Assembly: GCA_016220095.1 (NCBI GenBank) | Contig: JACRIJ010000111.1 | Span: forward strand, 27,748 to 91,747 | DNA: 64,000 bases | Direction: 5' to 3' | Source: Planctomycetota bacterium | Lineage (GTDB): Bacteria > Planctomycetota > MHYJ01 > JACQXL01 > JACRIJ01 | In this document: positions 17,929 through 27,830 of the stretch, one piece after another | Numbering within the stretch: position 1 is the stretch's first letter | Layout of the letters: each line of letters starts with the position of its first letter | Program-made: the position numbers and the translations under genes | Notes under the pieces: model-generated | Database searches by the model: none | What the model saw: the letters and a program-made list of their open reading frames with translations, nothing else | What the model was told of the DNA's origin: nothing

Positions 17929-18446
17929 TCAACGCCGGACGTCGAGTTTTTGGCCGGGGCCGCTGTCAGAAGCCGAGCGTATTATATATTGCTCCTGCGA
18001 ATTGGGGTCAAAACCTTCCTTAAAATCTGAAAACATGATAGTGTAATTGCCGTTTGCATCCGTTTTAATCGGGCCTGCCACGGGGTCCGAAAAATCGGTA
18101 TCATCAACGGTATAAACATACAAATCCGATTCAGGCACGTTGACAATCTTAAAATTATCAATTTTCTCAAACGATTTATCGTCAGGCGCGGACTGTGGTT
18201 TTGTCAGGCCGGAACTCGTATAAAATACATTGCCGCTGACGAAAGCCATATCATCGCTGTCACTGGTTTCTGCTGGTTTCGGGGCCGGGGATGATTCCGG
18301 GGCCGAAGACGAAGCCTGAGAAGAGTTGCTTTCTCTTATTGCTGTTGAAGAAGCGCCGCCTCCTCCGCCGCAGGCGGGAAGAACAGCCAATCCTGTAAGC
18401 ACTGCGGCAACTAAAACAAGGCGTGCTATTAAATTATTTTGAAACA
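17929..18446 (-). CDS. truncated paralog (5' remnant, about 172 aa) of the giant lipoprotein family: signal/lipobox plus carboxypeptidase-regulatory-like domain only
   Basis: MFQNNLIARL...LPACGGGGG lipobox; AFVSGNVFYTSSGLTKPQ...DLYVYTVDDTDFSDPVAGPIKTDANGNYTI is collinear with residues about 1-160 of the two giant genes (about 75% nt identity). GGAGG RBS 9 nt before the ATG at 18446. The ORF stops exactly at the junction with repeats A4/C1. Confidence 0.6.
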
Positions 18447-18497
18447 TGCTGAAAAAACCTCCATGATAAATGTAATTTAACAACCGCAAAGCGCGAT

Positions 18498-21400
18498 TTA
18501 TTTGGCTATAAATACGCCAAACACATCGCCGCCTATGAATTCACCGCCTGTTGACATGTCTATTGTCATTCCAGTATTAAGTATCACAAAGAACTTGCCA
18601 CCGGCATAGCCGCCCATGGTGCCAAGTTGCATGCCGGCATCCGTATTAACAGAAACTTCCGTGCCAACAAGCGTCCCGGACATGCTTACATATTGACCGT
18701 ATACATTCCAATCCGCAGTGGTGCTGAAACCGTCTACGGTCAAATCCGTCCAGACAACAAAGAAATCAGTTCCATCAGAGGCGGCTGTAGGCAGGAATTG
18801 CTCGCCAGGATCAGCGTTAATCACTATGCCGGATCCGACCAAAGAACCGTTTTTATCAACTATCTGGCCATAGACGTCCCATTCGCCTGAATTCAAGCCG
18901 CCAACCTCGTCTGTCCAGATAACAAGATATTTTGCATTGGTTGAATCATAACAAACGGAAACCTCGTTATCGCTGAGATACGTATTTGCATTAATGGATA
19001 TTTCCGCGCCAAGCGTGCCTGTCGGCGAAACAAAACGGCCTTTTATTTCATAGTCATTGGTATCGTCGCACCATACTACAAAGAAATCAGTCCCGTCAAA
19101 GGCAACGCACTTGAAACCGAAATCAGCGTAACCTGTGCTGATGGCAAATTCACTGCCTACAATGCCCGCAGTGCTGACAAGTTTTCCGTAAGCCTTGCTT
19201 TCACCGGTAGAAGAATTAACCTCTTTGAAATACACGACAAGGTAATTGCCGCCGCCGTAAGCGACATCACCCAATTCATCCGTGTTGGAGCTTATCGCCG
19301 CAATATCTATAGTCGCACCACTGAGTCCGGTGCCGTCTTTTTTAATGAACTGCCCTTTAATCGTATCAACCGGATATGTGGCATCATCCGCCCACACCAT
19401 AAGGTAATAGGCGCCGTCATACGCTACGGTAGGAACGCCGCCTGCGCCGGCTGTGAATATTCTTGTGCCGGTTAAAGCGCCGGTTGCCGATACCAATTGC
19501 GCGTTTGCGGCATTGTTGTTTGCGTCATTGCCTTCTATGGCAACAAGATAATTAGTGCCGTCAAACGCGGCACTGACAGCCATTTCCTGTGCTGACATGG
19601 TTGCGATAGCCGTTCCAGCTGGCGCCGGGCCTGGCCCCGGCCCCGGGCCTGTAACGGGGCCTGTTGAGAACGGGTCCGGCGGCATAAATGCCCATCCGCT
19701 CGTCATGCCTGTCGTAGTCAATACCCATGCAAATTCAAAATCCATGCCCACGCCGTCTTCGGTATGGAATACCCTCAACAGGTACGCCCTTTCGGTATCT
19801 GCCGGATCGGTCAGGGCATCACCGGTTCGTATAAGGTATATGGACGGCTTATCGTAGCCGCCGGTTGCCGTGAATATATCTCCTGTTATGACAGTTGTTA
19901 TTGTCATTAAAGTCCCCTTGCTCGCGTAGAAATCAATCGTAAATCCGGCGTCATAGGACGCGTAGATGTTATCGTTCTTGAAAGTTTTTTTGGCGTCCAC
20001 GGGCAGTGCCGCGTCAAGGGCTAATATATCAAGCTTGTATATTTTAAGGTTCGTGTTGCTGCCGTTCGGAACGAACACCAGTTTATTAAGCGAATTGGAC
20101 GTAACCAGCGCATCCCAACCGGAGAATTCAGCCGTCCCGGCAAATTCCGTATTTTCAATATCGTATCCGAAATTGAAATAAGTGTTGTTATCCAGCCACA
20201 CGTACGGGAAGAACATCGGTTTCCATTCGCCTACAAAGAACGGCCATTGAGGATTGGCAGGGTCAAATACCGCGCCCGGATCATATCCCCAGTGCAATAC
20301 AAAATCAATCTTGCCGTTTCCGTTGGTATCTTCCCTCTGGCCGTCGCCATTGGTATCCGTATCCTCACCGTCATGGTTCATCCACGAAGTAAACGGGTCC
20401 GCCCAGAAATACCATACGAAAGTATCGGCCGTTCCGTTACTGTCATAATCATAAGCAAACTTTACAAAATAACCCTTCCACAGCCCGTCAGGGTTGTTCA
20501 CGCTGTCAAATGTCAATGTCAACATGCCGTTGGCATCGGTTGTAACACTGCTGATAAAATTGGCGGAATCTGATGTAGAATTATGCGTTGATGCCCATGC
20601 GTCCTGACCGTTATCATAATACAGTTCCATTGATTCAGAAGCCAACGGACCTGAATCGGCTTTGAAATGCTGGGTAAGGGTCAATTGCCAGTTTGAAGGC
20701 AGTTGTTCAAATTGCTGGTTGTTTTCCGGATTCCACCAGGAATCAAACTGCAGGCTTGACAGGATAGTTTCAAGGTTTTCATTGAATGTCAGGTTTTCAT
20801 AATCGCCTGCATAGGCGCTGAACCCGTCCATAAGGCCGCTGAATATGGACTTTAACACCTGTTCGCTTGCTATGGGAGAAATTTCTTTCAGGTTTTCCCA
20901 ATATTCGCGGATTTCCTGTTTATTGTCCGGATTTTGATACATCCATCCGCCGCCGAAACTATTGGCGGCTGAAGGATCTATGACCCTCTGGCCGACAATG
21001 CGCATCACAAAAATAACGAATGCCGACCTGAAATCCAGAACCGTACTGTCGGCAAATGTCTGCCCGTAGAGTTGAGGCGACACGCCCGCGTAAATAACGC
21101 TCTTGTACCTTTCTTCCATGGAGGTCCACATCGGAGTGGAATAAATGAGTTCGCCGGCCTTGTTAAAAAAACCATCGCCGTCAATAACCGTGCCGTCCTG
21201 GCTCATATACGGACTGAAAACCGCTTCATAATATGCGTTTGTATCGGCATAGAGCCCGTCCAGTACGGCCTTATTCGCGAGAAATTCCAATGCGAAATCG
21301 GCAATATTGATGTAATTTGATATTTGTTCAAGAGACATTTCAACGAATTCGCCGCTTGTTGACGGAAGGGTTATATCAAACATCTCTGCTATTTCAGCGT

Positions 21401-22778
21401 CTGTGATAGCCGCGGAATCGAAAATATCCGTATTCGTACCCGAATCCCAGCTCCAATTCCACCGCCATTCAAATTCGGCTTTTGTAAGGACTTTCAAATC
21501 TGACAGGGTGCAGGAAAGCGTATTGTAATTATCAGCGATATATTCCACCAGCGCATACGAAAAAGTATCCATATGTTCCATAATGTCTCTGAGCCGGAAC
21601 TTCCTGTCCTTATTGAATGTATAGGTCGTAAAATCCCTGCCGAACATATCTTTATCCTGGAGTTTTACGCCGGATTCATCAACGAAACCGTCGCTATTGG
21701 CGTCCGCAAAAACATCCTTAATGTTGATGAGATATACGTTCGGATTAAAGGAAAGCTGTTTTGCCGTATCCGTAGTTATCGGCTCGGGATTGCTGATCCC
21801 GGGAAAATTTTCCGCCGTGAGTTCCATCAATGTTCCGTCCGCTTTCCTGAAAAAATCAGGCTCAATGTACGTATAACATTCTTCATTGCTGTTTTCTCTG
21901 GCAACAGTAAAACCAAGCATTGTAATGATATTAATAAGAGCAACGAGTTTCTTTTCAGCCGCAACGCCCTCTTTGAATATTTCGTCTGCCGCGGCGCCGT
22001 CAAGCATGGTGGATGCGGTAGAAATTTCCACCGATCCCGCGGCTCCGGATTTGGTCGTATCAAAAGACGATGTGTAATCGTCATAGAAATAGGATTCATC
22101 CACGGTCAGGTCGCCGGTTGCAAGCTGTGCGGTAACTTCTTTGACTATTGAGGAAACGATTTCCACAAGACTCGCCCACAGCGCCGGATTGATATCAACC
22201 AGGCCGAATTCGTTGAAGATCTCCTGTATCTTGGTAAGAATGGTCTGTACGACGATTTCAGTGACCGGGTCAACGCCTACGACAGGCGCGCCATTCGCGT
22301 CTTTATCAAGGGCGGCATCGTTCATATCAAGCAGGCGTCTGAGGCCAAGCTTCTGCCCGTTGCCCCTCGTAAAGGCCGCGCGGATTACGTATTGCTGTTG
22401 CGAATTTGGGTCAAAACCGGCCTTGAAATCGGAAAGTTTAATGGTATAACTGCCGTTTGCATCCGTCTTAATCGGACCTGCTACGGGGTCTGAAAAATCG
22501 GAATCGTCAATAGTATACACATAGACATCCGCGTCAGGTACGTTGACGAGGTCGGAATTATTGATTTTCAGGAGCGTCTTGCCGTCAGGTGTGGTTTGCG
22601 GTTTGGTCAGGCCGGAACTCGGATAAGAAACGTTGCCGCTGACGAATGCCGTGTCACTGCCGCCGGGGGGGTTAGTCGTACTGCCGCCGCCTCCTCCGCC
22701 ACAGGCAGGCAACAGAGACAATCCTGCAATTATAATTGCAAACAAGACACCCCGCGTTATTGAATTAATTTGAAACAT
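18498..22778 (-). CDS. giant surface lipoprotein paralog 1 (about 1426 aa): lipobox, Gly-rich linker, CarboxypepD_reg-like domain, large novel central region with DxDxNGDG calcium-binding-like motif, PG linker, 7 tandem approx 50-aa beta-propeller-like repeats
   Basis: Start refined to ATG 22778 (MFQINS; GGAGG RBS; the track start 22793 is an in-frame upstream ATG within the RBS). LLPACGGGGGG; DTDTNGDGQREDTNGNGKIDF; GPVTGPGPGPGPAPAG. C-terminal repeats follow the pattern [AF]DGxx[YF][LF]VVWxD...VYGQxV...G...G. Confidence 0.75.
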   Translation of the reverse strand: MFQINSITRGVLFAIIIAGLSLLPACGGGGGGSTTNPPGGSDTAFVSGNVSYPSSGLTKPQTTPDGKTLLKINNSDLVNVPDADVYVYTIDDSDFSDPVAGPIKTDANGSYTIKLSDFKAGFDPNSQQQYVIRAAFTRGNGQKLGLRRLLDMNDAALDKDANGAPVVGVDPVTEIVVQTILTKIQEIFNEFGLVDINPALWASLVEIVSSIVKEVTAQLATGDLTVDESYFYDDYTSSFDTTKSGAAGSVEISTASTMLDGAAADEIFKEGVAAEKKLVALINIITMLGFTVARENSNEECYTYIEPDFFRKADGTLMELTAENFPGISNPEPITTDTAKQLSFNPNVYLINIKDVFADANSDGFVDESGVKLQDKDMFGRDFTTYTFNKDRKFRLRDIMEHMDTFSYALVEYIADNYNTLSCTLSDLKVLTKAEFEWRWNWSWDSGTNTDIFDSAAITDAEIAEMFDITLPSTSGEFVEMSLEQISNYINIADFALEFLANKAVLDGLYADTNAYYEAVFSPYMSQDGTVIDGDGFFNKAGELIYSTPMWTSMEERYKSVIYAGVSPQLYGQTFADSTVLDFRSAFVIFVMRIVGQRVIDPSAANSFGGGWMYQNPDNKQEIREYWENLKEISPIASEQVLKSIFSGLMDGFSAYAGDYENLTFNENLETILSSLQFDSWWNPENNQQFEQLPSNWQLTLTQHFKADSGPLASESMELYYDNGQDAWASTHNSTSDSANFISSVTTDANGMLTLTFDSVNNPDGLWKGYFVKFAYDYDSNGTADTFVWYFWADPFTSWMNHDGEDTDTNGDGQREDTNGNGKIDFVLHWGYDPGAVFDPANPQWPFFVGEWKPMFFPYVWLDNNTYFNFGYDIENTEFAGTAEFSGWDALVTSNSLNKLVFVPNGSNTNLKIYKLDILALDAALPVDAKKTFKNDNIYASYDAGFTIDFYASKGTLMTITTVITGDIFTATGGYDKPSIYLIRTGDALTDPADTERAYLLRVFHTEDGVGMDFEFAWVLTTTGMTSGWAFMPPDPFSTGPVTGPGPGPGPAPAGTAIATMSAQEMAVSAAFDGTNYLVAIEGNDANNNAANAQLVSATGALTGTRIFTAGAGGVPTVAYDGAYYLMVWADDATYPVDTIKGQFIKKDGTGLSGATIDIAAISSNTDELGDVAYGGGNYLVVYFKEVNSSTGESKAYGKLVSTAGIVGSEFAISTGYADFGFKCVAFDGTDFFVVWCDDTNDYEIKGRFVSPTGTLGAEISINANTYLSDNEVSVCYDSTNAKYLVIWTDEVGGLNSGEWDVYGQIVDKNGSLVGSGIVINADPGEQFLPTAASDGTDFFVVWTDLTVDGFSTTADWNVYGQYVSMSGTLVGTEVSVNTDAGMQLGTMGGYAGGKFFVILNTGMTIDMSTGGEFIGGDVFGVFIAK

Positions 22779-22890
22779 ACCAGAAACCTCCATAAGTATA
22801 TTTTTTCTGAATTTGCATTATACCCAAAAAAACAGAATATGTCAAATTTTTCGCACGAATTAAGAGGTGTATTTGTTATTCCTTTCCTCA

Positions 22891-22977
22891 TTCGTCGTCC
22901 CTATATGTTCGCTACTACGCCACTCTTCCTTCTTCGTTTTCCCTTCTTCCTCCTTCGTAAAAAAAGAGGAGGCCTGC
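22891..22977 (+). repeat. repeat family B copy B3 plus C/T-rich extension, in the intergenic region between the giant paralogs
   Basis: ttcgtcgtccctatatgttcgctactacgcc...; followed by a gaggaggc/gcctcctc hairpin at 22966-23000. Confidence 0.6.
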
Positions 22978-23030
22978 ATTACGCAAGCCTCCTCGTAAAT
23001 TTTCAAAATCACAGTCGCATCGCCGTTCGT

Positions 23031-23068
23031 CGTCCCTAACTGCTCACTGCTATCTACTCGGCCCTCGC
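23031..23068 (+). repeat. repeat family B copy B4 abutting the stop of giant paralog 2
   Basis: cgttcgtcgtccctaactgctcactgctatctactcgg. Confidence 0.6.
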
Positions 23069-26000
23069 CTATGGCGCCGTAAAGTAAATCAGCCTGGACA
23101 GCTGTGTGCCGTAAATCGTCCTGTAGTATATGCCCACCCTGTATTTTTGTCCGGACACCAGGGTGGCTCCGGTCGGATTGACGGACATCGCCGTATACGG
23201 GTCAAGGTCATAAGCGCCCCATAGCGTATTGCCCTGGAAAACCCAGGACGAATCCAGCTGGTCAAACATAACGTACACTGTTTCAAACATCAAATTCGGA
23301 TTGTTGACGTTTTGAGGCGTGCCCGGCAGGATAATGCTGGGGTTCCAGGAAATCTGCGTCAGGTTATTTGACATGTCAACCTGCAGATTGGTTCCGGTAT
23401 TTGTCGGGCTTGTTCCGTCATGTATGGGGAACGCGGGCACTTCGTTTATCTTTACGGTTTTCTCCACTATTGTGTTATCCGTCAGTGTGAATTTCACCTT
23501 AAAATTGGCTCCTAACACAGGAGGCGTGGTGCCTTTATCAACAAAAATTCCCCACGGCTGGCCCGCCGTGCCGGCGTTCAGGGTTGCTACCAGATTGTTC
23601 GCAAGATTAAACACTTCAACCTTGCTGACCGTAGACGGGTCATAGGCCTCGCCGGAGAAGAACAATCCGTATGTCTGGCTGATGGTGCTTCCGCCGTTAT
23701 TGTTTGACGCGAACATTACGGTTTCAACCTTACCGGAATAAAACATTGTAGAAGGCGCCGTCTGGGTCGCGAGTTTGCCGTCGTTATTCACGTCATAAGC
23801 GGCCAATTCCAAGGTCGTTGCCAAAAATCCCTTCCATTCAATGCTTCTGACTTCGCCGATGCCGGGGGCATACCACGTTTCCATCGTATCTGTCTGTAAA
23901 TTTGCGTCCGTTATTGACAACGTAATATGCAGACAACCGGCAAAATGCCCTGCCGGAACGTCAACGTCTTCAGTGCCGTAAACCGTTACCTCAAAGGATA
24001 ATGTCTCCGCGTCATTTTGCAGAAGCGTTGTGCCTGAATTGTCGTAAATATCCATATTCGTAGTTCCTGAGACCGTATCAAACACATTAGACGACGCAGG
24101 CAATAGCGTAATCGGCGTATCAAATATCTGAAGTCCGCCGCCATCGGCAAATCCGTATAGCATGAGGGCGCCCGTGGCGGAATCATAACCGTAATAGTCA
24201 CTGAACTCATAATTGGCGGAATCGGCATTGCCTGTATATTTTTCGGTCGTGTAACCGATGCCGTTAGGCAGGGTTACGGCGGAATTCAATACCTTTTCCG
24301 TTCTGAATTCTTCGGATACTACCTTGTTCTTCAAATCGCCGAAGAAATAGAATTCGCCGTATTCGCGGTCAATATATGTCCGCGTGCCGGAGAACGTACT
24401 GCCGGACGGGTAATACGTTGAAGCAAGGTATCCGCCCGAAGGAGGAGGAACATAGCCGCCCGGGCCGCCGGTGCCGCCGCCCGCGGGTTCAAACGGATTC
24501 GGCGGTATATTGGTCCAGTTATTTGTCTCCGTGCCGTTTACTGCCGTAAATATAGTCGCGAATTCAAAATCAAATCCCATATCATCCGCCTTGAATACGC
24601 GGAGCAGGTACGCCCTTTCGGTATTGAACATGGGCGAATCGCCAGTGCGTATCAGATATATGGACGGGGACATATATTCGCCGGTGTTGGAGAACGTATC
24701 GCCTTCTATGGCCAGATTGGAAGCGTCAGTTCCTTTGCTTGCGTAGAAATCAATGGTAAATCCGGCGTCAAACGCAGCGTATATGTTGTTTCCGGTAAAC
24801 GTCTGTTTCGGATTTGTACCAAGCGCGGCATCCAAATCGGCGGCATTAAGCTTATAAACCGTCACGCCGTTCGTATTATTGGGCACCATAACCAGTTTAT
24901 TCTGAGAATTTGCCATCACAAGAATATCATAGTTGTTATTATACTGGGTCACGTCCGTATTCATGAACGGGGTACCTTCAATATCGTAACCGAAATTGAC
25001 GTAGTTATTCACCGGCACCCAGGCATACGGGAACATCATAGGCTTCCATTCGCCCACATAGAACGGCCACTGCGGATTGGCCGGGTCAAACGGCTTATCC
25101 TTGTCAAATCCCCAATGGCTGATGTAATCAATATAACCGTTGCCGTCAACGTCATCCCTGACGCCGTCGCCGTTGTTGTCATAATCTTCGCCGTCGTGAT
25201 TCACCCAGTCATTGTACATGTCGGCCCAGAAGTACCATACGAACGTTTCATCCGTTCCGTTCGCGCCGACATCAAAGGTAAACTTCACAAAGTATCCCTT
25301 GAAGAAATCAAGAAGCGGGCCTTTCGCATTGTCAAATTCAAGCGTAAGCATGCCGTTTTCGTCTGTGGTAACCGATGAAATGAAATTCGCCACATCGCTG
25401 GTGGAATTATGCGTGCTCGCCCACGCGTCCTGCCCCATGTCATAATAGAGTTCCATGCTGTAAGACGCAAGCGGTCCGACGTCTGATTTAAAGTTCTGGG
25501 TTAAGGTGAGCTTTGTATTGTCAGGCAGTTGTTCAAAATTATTATGCTCCATGTCCTTATTCCACCAAGTATCAAACTGCATGCTTTCCAACAGCGTCTG
25601 CGTATTCGTATCAAACGCAAGGTTTTCATAATCGCCGGTATATGAGGCGCCGAATATGTCAGGGAATAGCTGAACCAGTATTTCCTTGATAACGGTCGTA
25701 TCGTCTGTCGGAGACGGCCACATGAAGTTCTGATTGTTGGGCTCAATGTTTTTATCGGGCATATCAGTTCTCTGATACAATAACCCGCCCGCAAAACCGT
25801 CTAACGGGTCAATCACGTGTATTCCGGTAAGACGCAGAACTATCAGCACAAACGCGGACCTGAAATCAAGCGCCGTATCGTCGGTAAATGTCTGCCCGTA
25901 TAACTGCTGTGAAATGCCGGAGTAAACCGTGCCTTTTATTTTTTCCTCTTCAGAATTCCACATCGGCGTGGTCTTGACTATCTCTTTGGCCTTTTCAAAG

Positions 26001-27652
26001 AACCCGTCGCCGTCAACAATGGTTCCATTGGAATCAAAGAACTGTTTGAAATTGTCCTGGAAGAAGGCATCTTTATTCGCATACAGTCCGTCCAATACGG
26101 CTTTATTGGCCGCGTATTCTATGGCAAAACCGGTAAATTCAAAATAACGGGAATCCTGGCTTAGAATTTCTTCTACATAATCCACCGCAGTAGGCGGAAG
26201 GGTTATGGCGAAAAGTTCGTCCACGTCTCCGGCCGCGAACGGAATTGTCGGGCCGTCCACCCACATGTTCTGAGCCTCGTCAAAATATCCGTCCTGGCGC
26301 CACTGGAAACTGCCTGCAATGGTCTGCTTTACGGTGGCAATATCAGTGCTGAGAAAGATATAATTAGCGGCCGTAAACGCTATCATTTCGTACATCAGGG
26401 CGCCCATGTCTTTAAAGTTTTCGCGAAGCCGGAATTTCTTGTCGGCGTTAAACGTGTATGCGGTAACGTCCCTGCCGAAGAAATCCTTTCCCTGCACTTT
26501 AACTCCGGAGTCGTCAACAAATCCATCCTGGTTCGTATCCGTAAAAATATCATTCGGGGCCAGGACGTATATATTGGGATTGAACGGAAGCTGTTTGTCA
26601 ACGTCCGTTGTTATGGGTTCAGGTATGCTCATGCCCGGGAAATTCTCCGCGGTCACTTCCATCAGGGTGCCGTCCGGTTTCCTGAAAAAATCCGGTTCAA
26701 CGTACGCGTAGCATTTTTCGTTGCTGTTTTCCAGCGTCACCGTAAAACCGAGCATGCAGAGAACGTTAATGAGGGAAACGATTTTCTTTTCGTCAGGAAC
26801 GCCCTCTTTGAATATCTCGTCAGCCGCGGCGCCGTCAAGGAGCATGGACGCCGTGGATACCTCAACGGTATCAGACGCGCCGGACTTGGTCGTATCCATG
26901 GAACTGGTATAATCATCGTAGAAATAGCTTTCATCCACGGTCAGATCGCTGTTTTCAAGCTGTGCCGTCAATTCCTGCACAATAGAAGTAACGATATTCA
27001 CGAGACTCTGCCACAACGCGGGATCTATGCTTACAATGCCGAATTCGTTGAAGATTTCCTGGATTTTAGTAAGAATCGTCTGAACGACTATCTCGGTAAT
27101 CGGGTCAACACTTATTACCGGATTGCCGTCGGCGTCCTTCGTAATTGATGCGTCGTTCAGGTCCATGAAACACCTTAACCCTATCTTCTGGCCGCCTGCA
27201 TTGTTAAATGACGCGCGGAGAACGTATGATGTCTGCGAAGCAGAGTCAAAACCCGCGATAAAATCGGATTCGTCTACCGTGTAATTGCCGTTCGCGTCGG
27301 TTGTAATCGGACCTGCGACCGGATTAGAGAAATCCGTATCGTCAATGGTGTACAAATATACCTCGGCGCCGGCTACCGCAACAAGGTCTGAATTATTGAT
27401 CTTGAGCAGATTCTTGCCGCCTGCCGGATTCTGGGGCTTGGTTAAACCGGTGCTGGGATATGAGACGTTGCCTGAAACAAAGGCAACATCCGTACCGCCG
27501 CCGGTAGTGCCGCCACCCGTGGTGCCGCCGCCGGTCGTGCCGCCGTCAGTTGAACTGCCGCCACCACCGCCGCCACAGCCGAATAACAGCGCTATGCTCG
27601 TAAGCACCGTTATGAAGACAAGTAATCTTACATTGGATTTTTGGTAAAACAT
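23069..27652 (-). CDS. giant surface lipoprotein paralog 2 (about 1527 aa): same N-terminal approx 1000-aa module as paralog 1 but a different C-terminal approx 500-aa head
   Basis: Start refined to ATG 27652 (MFYQKSN; AAGGAG RBS; the track start is an upstream TTG). LLFGCGGGGGGSS followed by (GGTT)x3 from a 12-nt tandem repeat. Collinear with paralog 1 through ...ERAYLLRVF..., then unrelated sequence after the G/P linker (AGGGTGGPGGYVPPPSGGY). Confidence 0.75.
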   Translation of the reverse strand: MFYQKSNVRLLVFITVLTSIALLFGCGGGGGGSSTDGGTTGGGTTGGGTTGGGTDVAFVSGNVSYPSTGLTKPQNPAGGKNLLKINNSDLVAVAGAEVYLYTIDDTDFSNPVAGPITTDANGNYTVDESDFIAGFDSASQTSYVLRASFNNAGGQKIGLRCFMDLNDASITKDADGNPVISVDPITEIVVQTILTKIQEIFNEFGIVSIDPALWQSLVNIVTSIVQELTAQLENSDLTVDESYFYDDYTSSMDTTKSGASDTVEVSTASMLLDGAAADEIFKEGVPDEKKIVSLINVLCMLGFTVTLENSNEKCYAYVEPDFFRKPDGTLMEVTAENFPGMSIPEPITTDVDKQLPFNPNIYVLAPNDIFTDTNQDGFVDDSGVKVQGKDFFGRDVTAYTFNADKKFRLRENFKDMGALMYEMIAFTAANYIFLSTDIATVKQTIAGSFQWRQDGYFDEAQNMWVDGPTIPFAAGDVDELFAITLPPTAVDYVEEILSQDSRYFEFTGFAIEYAANKAVLDGLYANKDAFFQDNFKQFFDSNGTIVDGDGFFEKAKEIVKTTPMWNSEEEKIKGTVYSGISQQLYGQTFTDDTALDFRSAFVLIVLRLTGIHVIDPLDGFAGGLLYQRTDMPDKNIEPNNQNFMWPSPTDDTTVIKEILVQLFPDIFGASYTGDYENLAFDTNTQTLLESMQFDTWWNKDMEHNNFEQLPDNTKLTLTQNFKSDVGPLASYSMELYYDMGQDAWASTHNSTSDVANFISSVTTDENGMLTLEFDNAKGPLLDFFKGYFVKFTFDVGANGTDETFVWYFWADMYNDWVNHDGEDYDNNGDGVRDDVDGNGYIDYISHWGFDKDKPFDPANPQWPFYVGEWKPMMFPYAWVPVNNYVNFGYDIEGTPFMNTDVTQYNNNYDILVMANSQNKLVMVPNNTNGVTVYKLNAADLDAALGTNPKQTFTGNNIYAAFDAGFTIDFYASKGTDASNLAIEGDTFSNTGEYMSPSIYLIRTGDSPMFNTERAYLLRVFKADDMGFDFEFATIFTAVNGTETNNWTNIPPNPFEPAGGGTGGPGGYVPPPSGGYLASTYYPSGSTFSGTRTYIDREYGEFYFFGDLKNKVVSEEFRTEKVLNSAVTLPNGIGYTTEKYTGNADSANYEFSDYYGYDSATGALMLYGFADGGGLQIFDTPITLLPASSNVFDTVSGTTNMDIYDNSGTTLLQNDAETLSFEVTVYGTEDVDVPAGHFAGCLHITLSITDANLQTDTMETWYAPGIGEVRSIEWKGFLATTLELAAYDVNNDGKLATQTAPSTMFYSGKVETVMFASNNNGGSTISQTYGLFFSGEAYDPSTVSKVEVFNLANNLVATLNAGTAGQPWGIFVDKGTTPPVLGANFKVKFTLTDNTIVEKTVKINEVPAFPIHDGTSPTNTGTNLQVDMSNNLTQISWNPSIILPGTPQNVNNPNLMFETVYVMFDQLDSSWVFQGNTLWGAYDLDPYTAMSVNPTGATLVSGQKYRVGIYYRTIYGTQLSRLIYFTAP

Positions 27653-27762
27653 AAACAAACTCCTTATTTGAATTGACTGTTTTATTTTTTGTTATATGCC
27701 TAATTATACCCTGAAAAACGCTAAAAGTCAAATGAAACGGAAAAAAATTGGACTTCGGACGG

Positions 27763-27803
27763 CATGCGTCCCTCGCTACTGACTTATGGCTACTTGCTAC
27801 TGG
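27763..27803 (+). repeat. repeat family B copy B5
   Basis: gcatgcgtccctcgctactgacttatggctacttgctactgg; directly followed by A5. Confidence 0.65.
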
Positions 27804-27830
27804 TATTCATTTTTCATTCTTCTTCCTTGA
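27804..27830 (+). repeat. repeat family A copy A5 (overlaps the 3' end of the GGDEF gene)
   Basis: tattcatttttcattcttcttccttg. Confidence 0.6.

Noticed and set aside
19555-22151. Multiple 60-190 aa plus-strand ORFs inside the giant lipoprotein genes (e.g. 19555..19857, 21573..22151, 25115..25378, 26406..26711)
   Set aside because: They are antisense shadow ORFs of the long minus-strand genes; several merely mirror the paralogous sequence (22141..22449 versus 17798..18046).
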